Below are positions 10,695 to 24,720 of a stretch of DNA of 64,000 nucleotides, piece after piece. Positions within the stretch are counted from its first letter, which is position 1. The number at the start of each line of letters is the position of its first letter. The translations under genes were made by a program, and so were the position numbers. The notes beneath the pieces were generated by a model. That model saw only the letters and a list, made by a program, of their open reading frames with translations, ran no database searches and was not told the origin of the DNA. The stretch spans positions 96,906,001 through 96,970,000 of the forward strand of contig NC_042997.1 in the NCBI RefSeq assembly GCF_006345805.1, read 5' to 3'. This DNA is from Octopus sinensis. Lineage: Eukaryota.

Positions 10695-13600
10695 TCATAG
10701 AATCATAGTCAGGGTGGCTTCGTCATTCATACGTGCCATCCTTGCTACATTCACCCATCTTTTTTAAAACATTCACTAGACAAAACTTGCCTCTCTACTC
10801 TCACTTTTTTCTTCAAGTGATACTTGAAGAAGTTGATGAGAGATTGACCAGAGAGGAAAGTGTTTGTCTCTAATCCTTTCAGACGACGTCCACCAGATAC
10901 ATTCTTTCGCCATAGCCACAAGTATGATAAAAATAGCTCTTCCTTCCCGTTTGAAGGAAGGAGGCGTGACGATATTAACGATAGACTCGGCTGATAAACC
11001 GACACGTCCCACACGTGACAGCAGTCGTTCGACATAAGCCCACAGGTGGGAAATTGCTGGACACTGCACGATTGCGTGCAGAGCGTTTCGTCGCTCTGCC
11101 CGCATCTCGGGCAGGTCGGCCCCGTGTTCTCGAGCCATGCCTATAGAGCTTATCCCGAACGGGTAGCGCTTCTCGGTAGCACCGCCAGGCCAGGATCTCT
11201 GGAAGTTGTCCATAGGTCCCGGGCCGAAAGTCGTTTGAAACAGGCGGGTCAGGTATTCCTCGTCGACGCCCAGTTTGCCCCGAGCTCGTCGTCGTACCTC
11301 CCCTCCACTAATCCCCTATAGAATGCTTTGGTTGTGTTGAAGTCACTCAAGGTCGACCCGGGACGGCAGAGTTGCTTGAGAGCAACGCGACACTCGCGGT
11401 GCCATTCGCCCTTCTTCGGCCTCTTTTTGATCCACGACTGTAGTTCGGTCATGGAGACGAGTTGCAGGAATGCGTGCCACAAACACGCGACCACACCTGT
11501 TCACCGTCGTCTACATAGAGCCGGAGATGTCGCAGTCTCAGCGCGTGTCTGCGCATCATCAACCACGGCATGCCCAGCCCTCCTTTTAACGGGTGTTGAC
11601 AGCAAATGGATCGCCTGACCATCGGGACGCATCCTTTCCACAAGAAGCGGAGAGGATGCGTTCTAGTTTGGTGATGGTAGGGTCGGGACAAGGTACGACG
11701 GTCAGGCGGTAGTAGATGATGGACGCGATGTACGCGTTCACCACCTCCGCCCGACCTTTTAGGGACAGTTTCCTCTCGGCCCATTGCTGGGCGAGAGTGA
11801 CCACCCTACTCGTTATCTCGTTCCAGTTCTTCTCCATTTGGAGGTCTGGACCGAACCAGACCCCGACAACTCAACCGGGCCGTCTCTCCAGCGTCCCACG
11901 ACGGAGGTACTGGTGGACGGCATGGGCTTGCTTCTCCAGGTGCCTAGTCGCAAGCCACTGACTTTTCCCGGTTGATTTTTGCTCCTGTCACCGCTTCGTA
12001 GTCTTTCAGTGTCTCGCCGACCCGCTCGATGTGCTCGTGGCTTGACACTATGACGGTGACGTCGTCCGCGTATGCAGACACTCTCGTCCCGCATCCTAAT
12101 TCTCGCGGGATGCCCCTCAGAGTCGCCAGCTTCCGCAGTAGTGGCTCAAGAGTCAATACGTATAGAAGCACCGAGAGGGGCATCCCTGACGGACCGAACG
12201 TGCAATGTCGAAGGGTCTCGATAGATGTCCATTTACGCGAATTACCGAACGGATGCCTCTGTACAAGGCAGCTATCCAGCCGCGGAAGACGGGACCGAAA
12301 CCAGCCGCTCTCAGGACTGCCTCCAAGTATCGATGGTCTACCCTATCAAAGGCTTTCGATTGATCCAAGTTGATCAGGGCCCCCAACATGCCAGGTTCGT
12401 TAACTTACCCTATCTATGATGTAGCGCATCAGATGGAGGTTGTCATGGATGGTCCGGCCCGGCACGGCGCACGTTTGTGCGTTGTCGACCAGTTTCTCCA
12501 TGACAAGCACCAACCTCTTGGCTAACACCTTTGTCAAATTTTCAGGTCTGCATTGAGCAGAGTGATTGGCCTAAAGTTATCTATAATGTTTCCCTTGTTT
12601 GGATCTTTCTTCAGCAGAGTTACAGCTCCTCGACTCACAAAACCGGTATGCTCCCGTTTTGCTGCCAGTTGCAGTATACCGCTGCCAAGACGTCTCCAAA
12701 CAAGTCTGGCATACAATAGTAAAATTCGTAGGGTAGACCATCCAAACCCGGTGATTTGTCCCTCGAGCATTCTGCCATCGTCGCTTCCCGCACTTCCGCC
12801 GCCGTGATGGCACCTTCGCAGCACCCTGCCTTTCTTGTCGAGAGTCGTGGCAGGCTATGTAGGTAGGCACTGAAGTCTACCCTACGTTCTTGCCCTCCAC
12901 TCGTCCCGAACAGTCGGGCAAAATGCTGCTGAAAGGCCTCACACATTTTACTTGGCTCGAGCAATTCGCGCCCCTGTTCATCTACCAGTGACCGAATGGT
13001 GGCTTTGTTGCCCTGTTGCGCCTCTGCCACCCGGGCCTCTCTCGCGGCTCCAACACCTTCGTTCCTTAGAGCACGCATCCTAGCTCTGACAGCACATCCT
13101 TCGTGTTTGGCGTTGAAGTGTTGGTCGAGGGCCAACCTCGCCGCCAAAACGTCGATGCGATGCCGCTTCTAATTGCCTCTTCTAGCTTCTTAACTAGCTC
13201 ACCCTCTACTCTATTTCTATCTATAGCTAGTGCTTTGCTGTACCTAATCGCTTCTGCTTTTACTGCTCTCTTGAGGGCAAACCACCATTTGTTGTTGATG
13301 ATGGCTCCCGTCAAAGCCTCTTTACTAGTGTGCTAATCCGGTCTCTGAAAACTTGTCTGGACGGGAATGATGCGTTCAGTTTCCAGTACCCAGGACCCTG
13401 TCTATGTGCCTTATCTAAGTCTAGCGTACACGTCACCAATTTGTGATCCGTGTAGCTGACTGTGTGGAATTGTGGACATCCTAAGTTATCCTTGTCTACT
13501 GTCCTACACAGTATCCTATCTAGATACGATCTCGACGACCCACTGCGGTTGCTCCATGTCCACGTTGGTGCATTTGGGTGGTTTTTAGTCGGTACCTGTC

Positions 13601-14123
13601 AGACAGTTGGAATCGTCTGAGCAGGTCTCTGAGGCATTTGCATCCCCTTCTGTTTCTGTCTCTACCCACGTAGTCTACATGCGTGTCCAAGGTAGCATTC
13701 CAATCCCCCACTAAGAGTAAAGGACGTGACGTTCCCAAGAATACTTCTAGACGTCGAAAGAAATCCGCCCGACCTGTTAAGGGCGGTGCGTAGACTGATA
13801 CGAGTCGAAAAGCGCACCATTGCTGCCGTCAACATCCAGAACGATCAGTCTACCCTCCGGGTCTACGAATATCGTCTTGACTTCGAGATCCAGCTCTTGT
13901 GAAAAAGTACCGCGGTGCCACTACCGGCCCATCCTCGGCAGACAGGGAGCGAAATAAATGTTAAACTGTCCGCCAAACATGGACTTTAGGGCCCGTGGCT
14001 CGTGGAGTCTGGTCTCACTTATGGCTATGATTCCCAATCATGTGACTTGATGTCATTTAGGAGGTATCCTTGTTTCCAAGGAGACCCCAAGCCACGCGCA
14101 TTCACACAACCAATCTTGACCAT
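10695..14123 (-). pseudogene. Tx1 ORF2 (APE endonuclease + reverse transcriptase + zinc finger), multiple frameshifts
   Basis: MVKIGCVNARGL..ISETRL, GDWNA, NFRPITLLNADLKI, LDQSKAFDRVDH, SVRQGCP, SAYADDVTV, CPRC...HAxVQCP, ending DEATLTMIL*. Confidence 0.92.
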
Positions 14124-14177
14124 GATTCTATTGGGGTGTGTGCTTTAAAACACACAAATGAAAGTACAGAGAGTTAC

Positions 14178-16283
14178 TTACTTGTGTCGAAAGTTTTGGC
14201 TTCCTCGTTCTTTGATGTGTGTCTTCGAGAGGTTTCTATATAGTTTTTGGGACAGATATTTCTGGAAACCCCCTACAGCATTTGGGAAGAGGGCTTTGAG
14301 TTTGTGGTGTTGTGTTTGTGTGATGTGTAGTATTTTGATGTGTTTGGGTGGTGTAGTGCGTGGATGATTGCTATTTTTAAAGTCATCTTCACAAATGTTT
14401 GTGTATCCTGTGATGTACTCCATTAGTTTGGAGTCTTTTGTGTCTATCGCTGATAGCATTGTTTTTGTGGTGTTGGTGCTTGTTTTGTTGTGTATGGAGT
14501 TTTCAGGGTTCAGGTATCTCCCTGCTTTGGTTGCGATTTCTTGTTTGGTTTTTCTTGATCTTTTTCTTTTACCCCCTGTGGCTATTTGCCATTCTGTCGA
14601 ACTTTCATCGTTAGATGAAAAGTCTGACGAATCAGCAGGGGGCAAGGGTAAAGCGTCTGGGTGTGTTTGTGCGGTTGTAGATATTGTTGTGGTGCGCGGG
14701 GAGGGTGTTGCTGGGGGTTTTGTTGTGGTTATTGTCTCTCCTACATCCTTGGTGCTTGTCTTCTTCGTTGTTATTCTTGGTGTTGGAATTGGTTTATTTG
14801 TTGTTGGTGGTGATGATTCTGTTCTGGCGCTGGTGTTGGTGTTGTTTTGGTTGGGTTGGCTTGTTCTTTGTTGTTTTTCCTGCATTTCCGCATACAGCTT
14901 CTTGACTAGCTGTCCATATTGTGGTGTGGGCAATAATCCTGGCTTTTGTGATTTTTCCTGTGGCTGTTGTTGTTGTTGTAATTTTGCGGCAGATTTGCAC
15001 TCCTTTTTGAGATGTGCCTCACTGCCACATGTATAGCATCGTGGCCTTCTGCCCTCGACTACTACGTATAACTTGCGGCCATCCTCAAGATGTACGTGGG
15101 TGGGGATTTTATTTATGTCCTCTTGACTTATGTGGAAGAGGAACTCTATTCTCTTTCCCAGCCAGTCCTTGTTTTCCGAAACACCGATATCTAGGATGTT
15201 TATGTCCTCCATTTCGGATGTTAAGGCGGATGTAATCCACAGTGTTGTAGTCACTTGGGGGACACCACTGATAATGACTTTCGTCACCTTCTGGCCGAGG
15301 TAACTCGGTGTCAACGTTAGTTCATCAGAATGAAGGGTTATTGTTGAGAATTTCTTCGGCAACTCTTCATTCTGAAAAACCACCTGTACGTGTGCGAACT
15401 TGTTCGCCCAAGTCACACAATCCTTGTATCCCCAGATGGGGCGTAAGCACTTTTCGACTTTGTCTTTGCTTGCCTTTTCTGGACTTTTTGTTTTTTTATT
15501 TGTGATTTTATATACAATTGTCTTTTTTTTCTCCTCATTCAGTATGTGCTGAGGTATGTGTAAGAGTATTTTTCCGTTTTGATTTGTAATAAGGTTTCTG
15601 CAATCTTTAATCTGTTGTGTAGTAAACGAAACTTTTGTTACCTTTTCTTTTATCGCCTCGGCGAAGTTTGTTGTTGTTTTGTTATTGTTGTTACTCTGCC
15701 GTGGTGTTGGTGTTGATGGCAGGGGTTGGTGGTTGTAGGTTTGTGGTTGCTGATTATGCAACTAGCAAGGGGTGGAAAATTGCCTGCGTAATTTAGTCCT
15801 GCATTAGCGCAAATTTCGGCATTCGTTTGCTTGTCGTCGTTATTTTTTCACTGTTTGTGATGGAGTGAGCAGTGGTTGAAGGAATTGTTGTTGTCGTCGT
15901 CGTTGTTGTTGTTGTTGTTGTTGTTGTTTTGTTATTGTTGTTCTTGGTGACGGCGGTGGTGTTAGTAGTATTAGTAGCATTGACGGCACGGTCTTTGGTG
16001 GCGGTGATGTTGGTATTGTTATTGGTGGCGACGACTTTAGTAGGGATAGCAGTTTTAGTAGCAGATTCTGCCATGGTTGTGTTGTCGGTGTTGGTGGTGG
16101 TGGTGGACTCACTGATGGTGTGACGGTGCTTGGCCTTGCGACCTTTGTTTTGTATTTGTTGCTGTCGTCGATGTTGATGGTGGCGGAGTTGTCAGGTTCA
16201 GCGTAAGGTAACAGAGCATCCTGTTTTTCTGCCTCTGCGTCACGCTTGACTTGCACCTCAGCCTCGTGGTGACCAGTGGCCAT
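14178..16283 (-). pseudogene. Tx1 ORF1 (gag-like nucleic-acid-binding protein, CCHC knuckle), frameshifted in the T/Q-rich region
   Basis: Probable start MATGHHEAEVQ at 16283; 527 aa open segment 14178-15761 with EGRRPRCYTCGSEAHLKKEC. Confidence 0.85.
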
Positions 16284-16507
16284 TTTGGAAATAAAATGGC
16301 TAAATGAAACCACGAAGGCTATGAGAATTTTTTCTTTTAATTTTGCCCACAAGGGGCAAAATTTTGTGTAGATATTAATCAAGGTTTGCAGTGGATGTTG
16401 TTGCACAACTTTTAAACACAAATATTTCGCAATAAACAATTTTCAACGTACAAAATGACCAACTTACGTGGAGCCCATTTGACTAGCGTCCGTCCATGTC
16501 GAGAGAT

Positions 16508-16537
<30 letters not shown>

Positions 16538-16538
<1 letters not shown>

Positions 16539-16786
16539 GTTTCTTTATTGGCCACACAGGGCTGCACACATTTGGGACAAGTTACAAGGTAGAGCTTTTC
16601 TTTGGGGGGATGAAAAAAAGGGGGTGGCGTAGTTTTCGATCAAGAGGGATCGTAAAAGGGAAGAAAAGAACAAAAAAAAAATACAATGAAAAATAAAAAG
16701 AATAAAAGAAAAAAAAGAAAGGGAAAGGAACAAAAGAAGAGAAGTGAAAAAGAAGAAAAAGGGGAAAAAAGGGAAGAGGAAAAAAA

Positions 16787-16788
<2 letters not shown>
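16538..16788 (-). mobile_element. 5'-truncated Tx1 3'UTR fragment (subtype B), flanked by (GATA)n on both sides
   Basis: Terminal 70 bp matches the full element; GATA at 16506-16537 and 16789-16870. Confidence 0.9.
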
Positions 16789-16870
<82 letters not shown>

Positions 16871-16871
<1 letters not shown>

Positions 16872-17000
16872 CGAGAGTCATTCACAGTTTCCAAATTCAC
16901 TCACAAAGCATTGGCCGGCCGGCCGGCGTTATAGTAGAAGACCTTTGCCGACATACTGCGCAGTGGGACTGACGCGGAACACGCTTACAAAGCGAGCTGC
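16871..17000 (-). mobile_element. 5' half of a decayed family A SINE
   Basis: ccaaattcactcacaaagcattggccggcc...tatagtagaagac...gcgcagtgggactga is the reverse complement of the head/CORE region. Confidence 0.7.
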
Positions 17001-17278
17001 CTGATCTCAAGGTCATCCCTGTATCTCTGCCAATAACATCAATGTATTTAAATGTCTTTGTTACTTATTATGTACATCTTAAAATTGATAATTTGATAAC
17101 TAAAGGATAAGAAACGTGAATACAATACAGGCTAGTCCGCTGAGTTACCGATTGCAGTACAGCTAGAGTAACTACAAAGGTCTGCCTTCTATTTAATTGC
17201 ACTGTTCAGGCTTTAGAATTATTTTGTTTTACGCATAAATTGCCAGCAAGTCAGTGGTAATATGCGGACTATTTTCTA

Positions 17279-17666
<388 letters not shown>

Positions 17667-17668
17667 AA

Positions 17669-18408
17669 CGAGGAGGTACCCAAAGTAACCGGAAACGTTC
17701 TCTGCGGGACAAGTCAGTTATAGTTCTGGTTTCCGCCGCTAGAAGCCACTTAATGCAATCCTCAGGCATCAATCTGCCGACCGGTGTCATCATCTGAAGT
17801 CGTACAGCCACGTAGTGCGTCTTTGTTTTGCAGTGCTTCTCCTTGTACGGTGATTTTTGCGAATCGCTAAAAAGAAAGTACAGTGTGCCTCCGTGAAATT
17901 CCATGAGCAAAACACAAATTTAGGAGTGGTTTCCACACTTTAAGAATAGTCACTTGTCGCTTGAAGACCAACCTCGTTTAGGGCGACCGTCAACCTCTTG
18001 AACGATTGAAAACATCAGGAAAATTCATAAATTGTTCTTGGAGGACCGTCGCCGAACAATTGACGAACTTGTTGATATGACTGGTGAGTCCTGGAGCTCC
18101 TGCCAACGAATTTTCAGTGAGGAACTGTGAATAATCTTCAGCGAGGAATTGTGAATAATGCAAAATTTGAGCCTTGCTTGCTCACGAAAGCAGTCATGAC
18201 TGAAGGCGTGACGTGAACTGAAAGAGCAGTTGGAAATTGATCCCGACCTTTTTTCGAAGGTCATTGCAGGTAACGAAAGCTGGTGCTACGGAATTTGCAG
18301 ATGTGGAAGGTGTGAAGAAAGAAACCCGAAGGCGTTAAAAGGCATCACTTCGCAAGAGTTCCGGCAGTGCTTCGAATAGTGGAAAACGCTTCTGGAACGA
18401 TGCATGTA
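17669..18408 (+). mobile_element. Internally deleted mariner-family transposon
   Basis: Left TIR-like cgaggaggtacccaaagtaaccggaa; decayed WFxxFK..SLEDQPRLGRPST...LEDRRRTIDELVDMTGESWSSCQRI. Confidence 0.85.
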
Positions 18409-18560
18409 TATATGTATGTACATTTATACATATATATATATATATATATATGGTCTACTTTATATCGTTTCCGCTCACTCACAACATTCATTCTCTTTCT
18501 CTGTATAGTGTACGTGAGTACTTACCCACACTGCGCGCGCACACACACACACACCACACA

Positions 18561-18620
<60 letters not shown>

Positions 18621-18628
18621 TTATATAT

Positions 18629-19006
18629 GGCCGGGAGTGGGGCTGTGTGGTAAGTAGCTTGCTTCGTACCACATTGTTCCGGGTTCAGTCTCACTGCGTA
18701 ACCCCTTGGGCAAGTGTCTCCTACTATAGCCTCGGGCCGACCAAAGCCTTCTGAGTGGATTTGGTAGACGGAAACTGAAAGAAGCAAGTCGTATGAGTGT
18801 GTGTGTCTGTTTATGTGCCTGTGTTTGTCCCCCACCATCGCTTGATAACCGATGTTGGTGTGTTTACGTCCCCGTAACTTCAGCGGTTCGGCAAAAGATA
18901 CCGATAGAATAAGTATTAGGCGTACAAAAAAGAAATCTTGGGGTCGATTTCATCAACTAAAGGCGGTGCTCCAGCATGGCCGGAAACAAATAAATGAATA
19001 AAAGAA
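18629..19006 (+). mobile_element. SINE family A
   Basis: Head, CORE-like ctactatagcctcgggccgaccaaagcc, and tail. Confidence 0.9.
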
Positions 19007-19964
19007 TATAAATATATATACGCACACAACATTTGAATCGTGTCGAACGAGTTAGAAAAATGTTCTTATACGTGTTATGAATTACGTGTTATGATTTACG
19101 GAAACTGAATTTTTATCTCGTCACTCGACTTTCATAGAATTGTGATCGTTACTCGACAACTGTAACAAAGAAATTTACAAGTACATTTATATTACTTGAT
19201 ATGAGTGCAGTCCCACGATTGTGTAAGTTCAAAATTAGCTTAAATATCAATCAGCCATACAAAACTCTTCAATCGAAAATAACTGTTAAGAGAAACTAAA
19301 TTCATATTCCGAACTTAATCCGACTAATGAAAGATTTGAAATCGTTTATATCTTTTGGGAACTTATGTTGTTTTTCAATAGGTAAATATAGCAGACAATA
19401 ACCAAACTCAAAATAATACTCTAAAACAAACATGAATATGAAACCGCACCCACATCGACGAACGTAAATGTACTACCAAACCGAGTCGTAACAATTTTCG
19501 TCTGAAAATTACTTTGTATTTTATGTGTATTATAAATTTGAATGTTATGATAAAAGTGTTCTGTGTGAGTCGGGTTCTATGTGTATGTATTGAGCAGTTG
19601 TTTGCATTCGGGTTTTGCTGTGTGTATATCATAGTTAAGTGGTAATGGATAAAATATTTAGAATTTGATGTTGGTCAGAGTGAAAGATTCCCCACTGGTG
19701 GTGGATTTTGTATGGCTCATGAATATTTTAGCGAATTAAAGTTTTGAATAAACTCTACCATAAGACAGCATCCACCAGCAGATATAAATGTAGTAGTAGG
19801 CGGGTGAAGATCGCAGTGGCATAAAATTCAAGTCGTAAGATATACATTCAATTTCAGTAACGCATATATTTTATAAAAAGTATTGAGCACACACTTCACA
19901 TTCGTTGGACACGCTTCAAATTTCGTGTATATATATATATATATACATACATGTTTCTATGTTC

Positions 19965-20000
19965 CTTTCTATGGAAGAGCGTAGGCTCGAAACGTTAAAG
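19965..20000 (+). ncRNA. Degenerate minimal hammerhead in a Penelope-type terminal repeat
   Basis: CTTT-CTATGGAA-GAGC-GTAG-GCTC-GAA-ACGT-T-AAAG. Perfect short stem II and 4 bp stem I, but mutated core and U at position 17. Confidence 0.5.
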
Positions 20001-21049
20001 ACGTTTTCACTTCCCGAGCGTCATACTAATACATCTGTTTGTTGCCTACACCACCTGTCTTTTGTATTTGTTTTTGTGAATTCGTGAATTCCCACTATAT
20101 ATATATATATATATATATTCTTTGATTCCCTCTCTTTCTGTCTCTCTTTCTCTCTCTCCCCTGCAACCTGCTGCTTCTCAACCATTTCGTTGGCGATCGT
20201 ATCTCGCCAACATGTGTATGTGTCCCCTCTACCGAAAAGGTAATTATTTCTACGCCAGCTGCTATGTTGTTGTTGTTTTTGTCTCATTTGGTCTAAAGTC
20301 GTAAGACAACCACCGTTATATATATTTTGTTTAACCATTACCGTTTTCAATTTCGTTTTCGTCTATCGTATTTACATCCGTCTCGTGCGTTTACATTCGT
20401 GTCTTCTACCAAGAAATCTAATGCCTACAGCTTAGTTTTTTTTTTCTTGGGGCTGGCCGAGTTGGAGCAAATATCAGAATTGAACAGCCGAAATTTGCGA
20501 TGATGATTCGGTGTCTGACTGAAGATTGAAGGCTTCGAATGATTTGTCTGTGTTCCGTGTTTGTCCCTTCCTGTATTTCACGTTCTTTATATATAAAATA
20601 TTTATCCCTATATATATATATATATACAATTTATACATATAGATGTATAAATCATATTTAATAAGAACATGTGTATGAGTGGATGCGAAATATGATAGAC
20701 TATAAGTATATGTGATATATAGATTGATTCATATATACTGATGCAAAAAAAAAATATATATATATGCATACATTCATGCACACACGCATATATACGTGTG
20801 CGTCTGTGTGTGTGTGCATGCGTGTGCGTGTGTTCAGAGAAAAACAGTGATTCACATACCACCGCTGACCTACTGGCAAATTATGGGTTAGACAAATGCG
20901 GCAACTTTAAAGTCTGAACAGTACGATGAAATTGTAAGAAAGAATTACTGTCACGCTGCATTATGATCGGTAATGCGGCCACCTGGCACTTCTTGTATTC
21001 ATGTTTCTAGTCTTTTATTTCTTTATTGATCAAATTACTTATTTTAATA

Positions 21050-21095
<46 letters not shown>

Positions 21096-21247
21096 AGAGA
21101 TCGAAGATATTCAAATACATTTATATTCTTGGCAGCGATGCAGAAAAATGAAACTGATGATCTATCGAAGTTGATGTAGGCAGATATTCTTGGATAGGTG
21201 GGATGAAATTTATCTCAAGTGTGGTCCTTTTAAAATAAGAGTATCTA

Positions 21248-21317
<70 letters not shown>

Positions 21318-21318
<1 letters not shown>

Positions 21319-22243
21319 TGTTTCTTTATTAGCCACACAGGGCTGCACACAGATAGAACAAATTACAAGGTAGAGCTTTTCTTTTGAAGGTTTAAAAAAA
21401 AAAAAAAAAAAGGAAGGGGGAGTTTCGATCAAAAGGGATCGTAAAAGGAGAGAAAGAGGACAAAAAAAGGGGGGTTAAAAAAAAAAAAAAAAAAAAAAAG
21501 GGGAGAGGAAAAAAAAATTGATCAATAGGGATCGTTATCACAGAAATGTCAATATGAAGTGTAAAGGGGAGGACAGGTGAGGTTTACCCGTGGAAAGAAA
21601 AGCCTACGGAAAAGACCACGGTAACCTCGGTCAATGAAGTCACATTTTATATTTCTTTTTTTTTTTTTTTTTTTTTTGCAAATAAGCAACTCTCTGTTTT
21701 CGATTCTGGGTTCATAGGACTATGCTCAAGGTGGCTTCGTCATTCATACGTGCCATTCTTGCTACATTCACCCATCTTTTTTTAAAACATTCGCTAGACA
21801 AAACTTGCCTCTCTACTCTCACTTTCCTTTTCAAGTGGTACTTGAAGAAGTTGATGAGAGATTGACCAGAGAGGAAAGTGTTTGTCTCCAATCCTTTCAG
21901 ACGCGTCCACCAGATACATTCTTTCGCCATAGCCACAAGGATGATGAAAATAGCTCTTCCTTCCGTTTGAAGGAAGGAGGCGTGACAATATTGACGATAG
22001 ACTCAGCTGATAAACCGACTCGTCCCACACGTGACAGCAGTTGTTCGACATAAGCCCACAGGTCGGAAATTGTTGGACACTGAACGAGTGCGTGCAGAAC
22101 GGTTTCGTCGCTCTGACCGCATCTCGGGCAGGTCGGCCCCGTGTTTCTCGAGCCGTGTCTGTAGAGCTTATCCCGAACGGGTAGCGCTTCTCGGTAGCAC
22201 TGCCAGGCCAGGGATCTCTGGAAGTTGTCCATGGAAGTTGTCC
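21318..22243 (-). mobile_element. 5'-truncated Tx1 copy (ORF2 C-terminus + subtype A 3'UTR), flanked by (GATA)n
   Basis: High identity to 10297-11215; CPRCGQSDETVLHALVQCP; GATA at 21248-21317 and 22244-22292. Confidence 0.93.
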
Positions 22244-22292
<49 letters not shown>

Positions 22293-22293
<1 letters not shown>

Positions 22294-22491
22294 GTTTCTT
22301 TATTGGCCACACAGGGCTGCACACAGATGGGACAAGTTACAAGGTAGAGCTTTTCTTTTGGGGGATGAAAAAAACAGAAAAACAAAAGAAAAAGAAAAAA
22401 AACCAAAAAAGGGGTGGCGTAGGTTTTCGATCAAGAGGGATCGTAAAAGGGAAGAAAAGAACAAAAAACAAAAAAAAAAAAAATAAAATAA
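22293..22491 (-). mobile_element. Tx1 3'UTR fragment (subtype B), flanked by (GATA)n
   Basis: Matches 16538-16788. Confidence 0.9.
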
Positions 22492-22492
22492 G

Positions 22493-22544
<52 letters not shown>

Positions 22545-22695
22545 TGGTAGGTAGGTAGGTAGGTAGGTAGGTAAGTAGGTAGGTAGGTAGGTAGGTAGGA
22601 AGGTAGGTAGATAAGTAGGTAGGGGGATAGGTAGGTAGGTGGATAGGTAGGTAGATAGATACATAGAGAGAGAGAGAGATAGAGATAGATGATAG

Positions 22696-22751
<56 letters not shown>

Positions 22752-22925
22752 GTACGTACGTACGTATGTAGGTAGGTAGGTAGGTATGTAGAAAGATAGA
22801 TAGATAGATTGATGCATACATACATACATACTTGCATACATACATACATACATACATACATACATACATACATACATACATACATACATACATGCATACA
22901 TACATACATGCATACATACATACAT
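22492..22925. repeat. Compound (GATA)n/(GGTA)n/(CATA)n microsatellite
   Basis: Seen directly. Confidence 0.95.
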
Positions 22926-24720
22926 GATACATAACTAATATAGACAGCGGTGTGCAATGCGTTACCAAAAAGGAAACTATAATTGCCATTAAATATGACT
23001 AAATGTGTCACAACAATAACGTTGCTAGAAATAAGAGATAAAGATAAACTGCTCTAATGCTGTATTCAAAACACATAATTTCAACTATGACCATCCAGTT
23101 ATTTTGTAGGGATATATATGGACACAATCATCCTTTTTTAAATCATTTATTGGAAGGAAATATAATTTTTTCTAGAAAATCAGTCTGACAGTTAGAAACG
23201 CACTTGAAGGAAAGGTTGTGATTTGAGTTTAGCTCATATTATCAATATCTTGTTCAATCGTAGTACTTCGGTCCGCTAGATGACTGTGTCTTTTGGTAAT
23301 GATGAACATTTTGACTGACAACCCTTATTGAGTGTTTTGATTGCGGCTTGTTAAATATCTTTAACAAGATGTGTATCTCCATGTATCTCATAAAAGTTTG
23401 GTATCGTTCAAACGTTACTGATTCAGTTAAAAAAAAAATTAACTTTGGAATTTGTAAAGGTTGCATCTGCATATAGATTATATTTCGCTACTATGCTCAC
23501 ATTATCGATTTGTGTTTAGTAATTTCTTAATTGAATTTTTTTCATTGTAAATTTTATCTGTGAGAGATATACCTCGCTCGCATACATCCCTTAGCTCCAA
23601 TCTCTCTGTCTTTCATCTCTCCCTTTCTCTTTCACTCATTCTTGTATATGGTGCTCGCCATCTCATTTCAGTATAACAAACTTCTAATATCTATATGTCT
23701 GAAACAAATTTTATAGCATTTCTAACATAGAGCCTCAAATGCCTATTAGCCCTGAATTTTTTGAATTTATTTTCTAAAGAATCACCCCAAGCGCAGCTCC
23801 ACATTTGTGAATTTGTCACAAATAGATTTTCAGCCTAGACATCGATGAACACAGCATTGGCTACACAGAACAAAAGCGCTCCTCTGGTTTTCTTGTAGTT
23901 ATATGCAAATAAGGAACCTGTGATGACCTCCAAGTTAGTGACCTTCATGGATTGCATCCTGCTACTAAAAGCATAATGCAAAAATTTACTGCTCAGGCAA
24001 GAGTAAATTTGAGCTTTCTAGCATACACAGCCTCAACATCCTGCAACTTTTGGACATTACATATCATTATTCCATGGACATTTCGAATTTTCTCAAACTC
24101 TTCAGGCTATTCTTTTAAATTATAGGCCGCCATTCGCCTCTGTTTTGTGCAACATTTTCCCAATGAATGTAATTTATGTTCAAGGACTTAGGTTTTGACA
24201 ATACTTGGTTGCATAATACTTCTACTGTTCTTCATAGTGTATATTCTTCATTTATACTTACTATGGTAATAGATTCAGAAAATCATTGTGCTATGGGAAA
24301 CATTAACGGAGGTATGTCAATATAAAACTAAAATTAGAAATATAAAACTAATAAAAGGTGAAATGAAATACTCGCAGGAAAATAAATATGTTTTGAGATA
24401 TCATTAATCCAGAACCATATTCTTTATTAAAATAGAGCTCCGAAAATATTTTCTTTTTGTTTCACGGCACGCCTGCATATTGGTTAAATGTTAGTCAATT
24501 TTTTCTTTCTAAGAAATCAAGCGGAAATGACCATGATGTATGCTTACTAAATTACCCCACGTCGCATCAATTGCCAGCAAATCCAATGAATAATTTCAAT
24601 TTCCGAAAAGTCTTTCAAAGACTTCCCTCAATTCAATAATTTCATTTCGAAAGCAGACATCCAATATTACTAACTACACTAAATCTCTCCAGACATGTTT
24701 GTTTTTTCATAATACGCATT

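Larger units (their letters stand above)
10297..16505 (-). mobile_element. Near full-length Tx1/L1-clade non-LTR retrotransposon (~6.2 kb)
   Basis: 5'UTR, ORF1 with CCHC knuckle, ORF2 with APE endonuclease, RT and C-terminal CCHC, and a 3'UTR ending AATAAAGAAAC directly into (TATC)n. Both ends abut GATA repeats. Confidence 0.93.

Noticed and set aside
14368-16123. Plus-strand Val/Leu-rich ORFs (222 aa, 83 aa) and similar at 29950-30387
   Set aside because: Antisense shadows of the ACA-rich Tx1 ORF1.
23254-23472. 72 aa minus-strand ORF with an acceptor-like poly-T
   Set aside because: No recognisable family and no consistent frame with neighbouring candidate exons.
23800-24135. Decayed coding-like text MAAYNLKE*PEEFEKIRNVHG... 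on the minus strand
   Set aside because: Several stops and no identifiable homology without a search.
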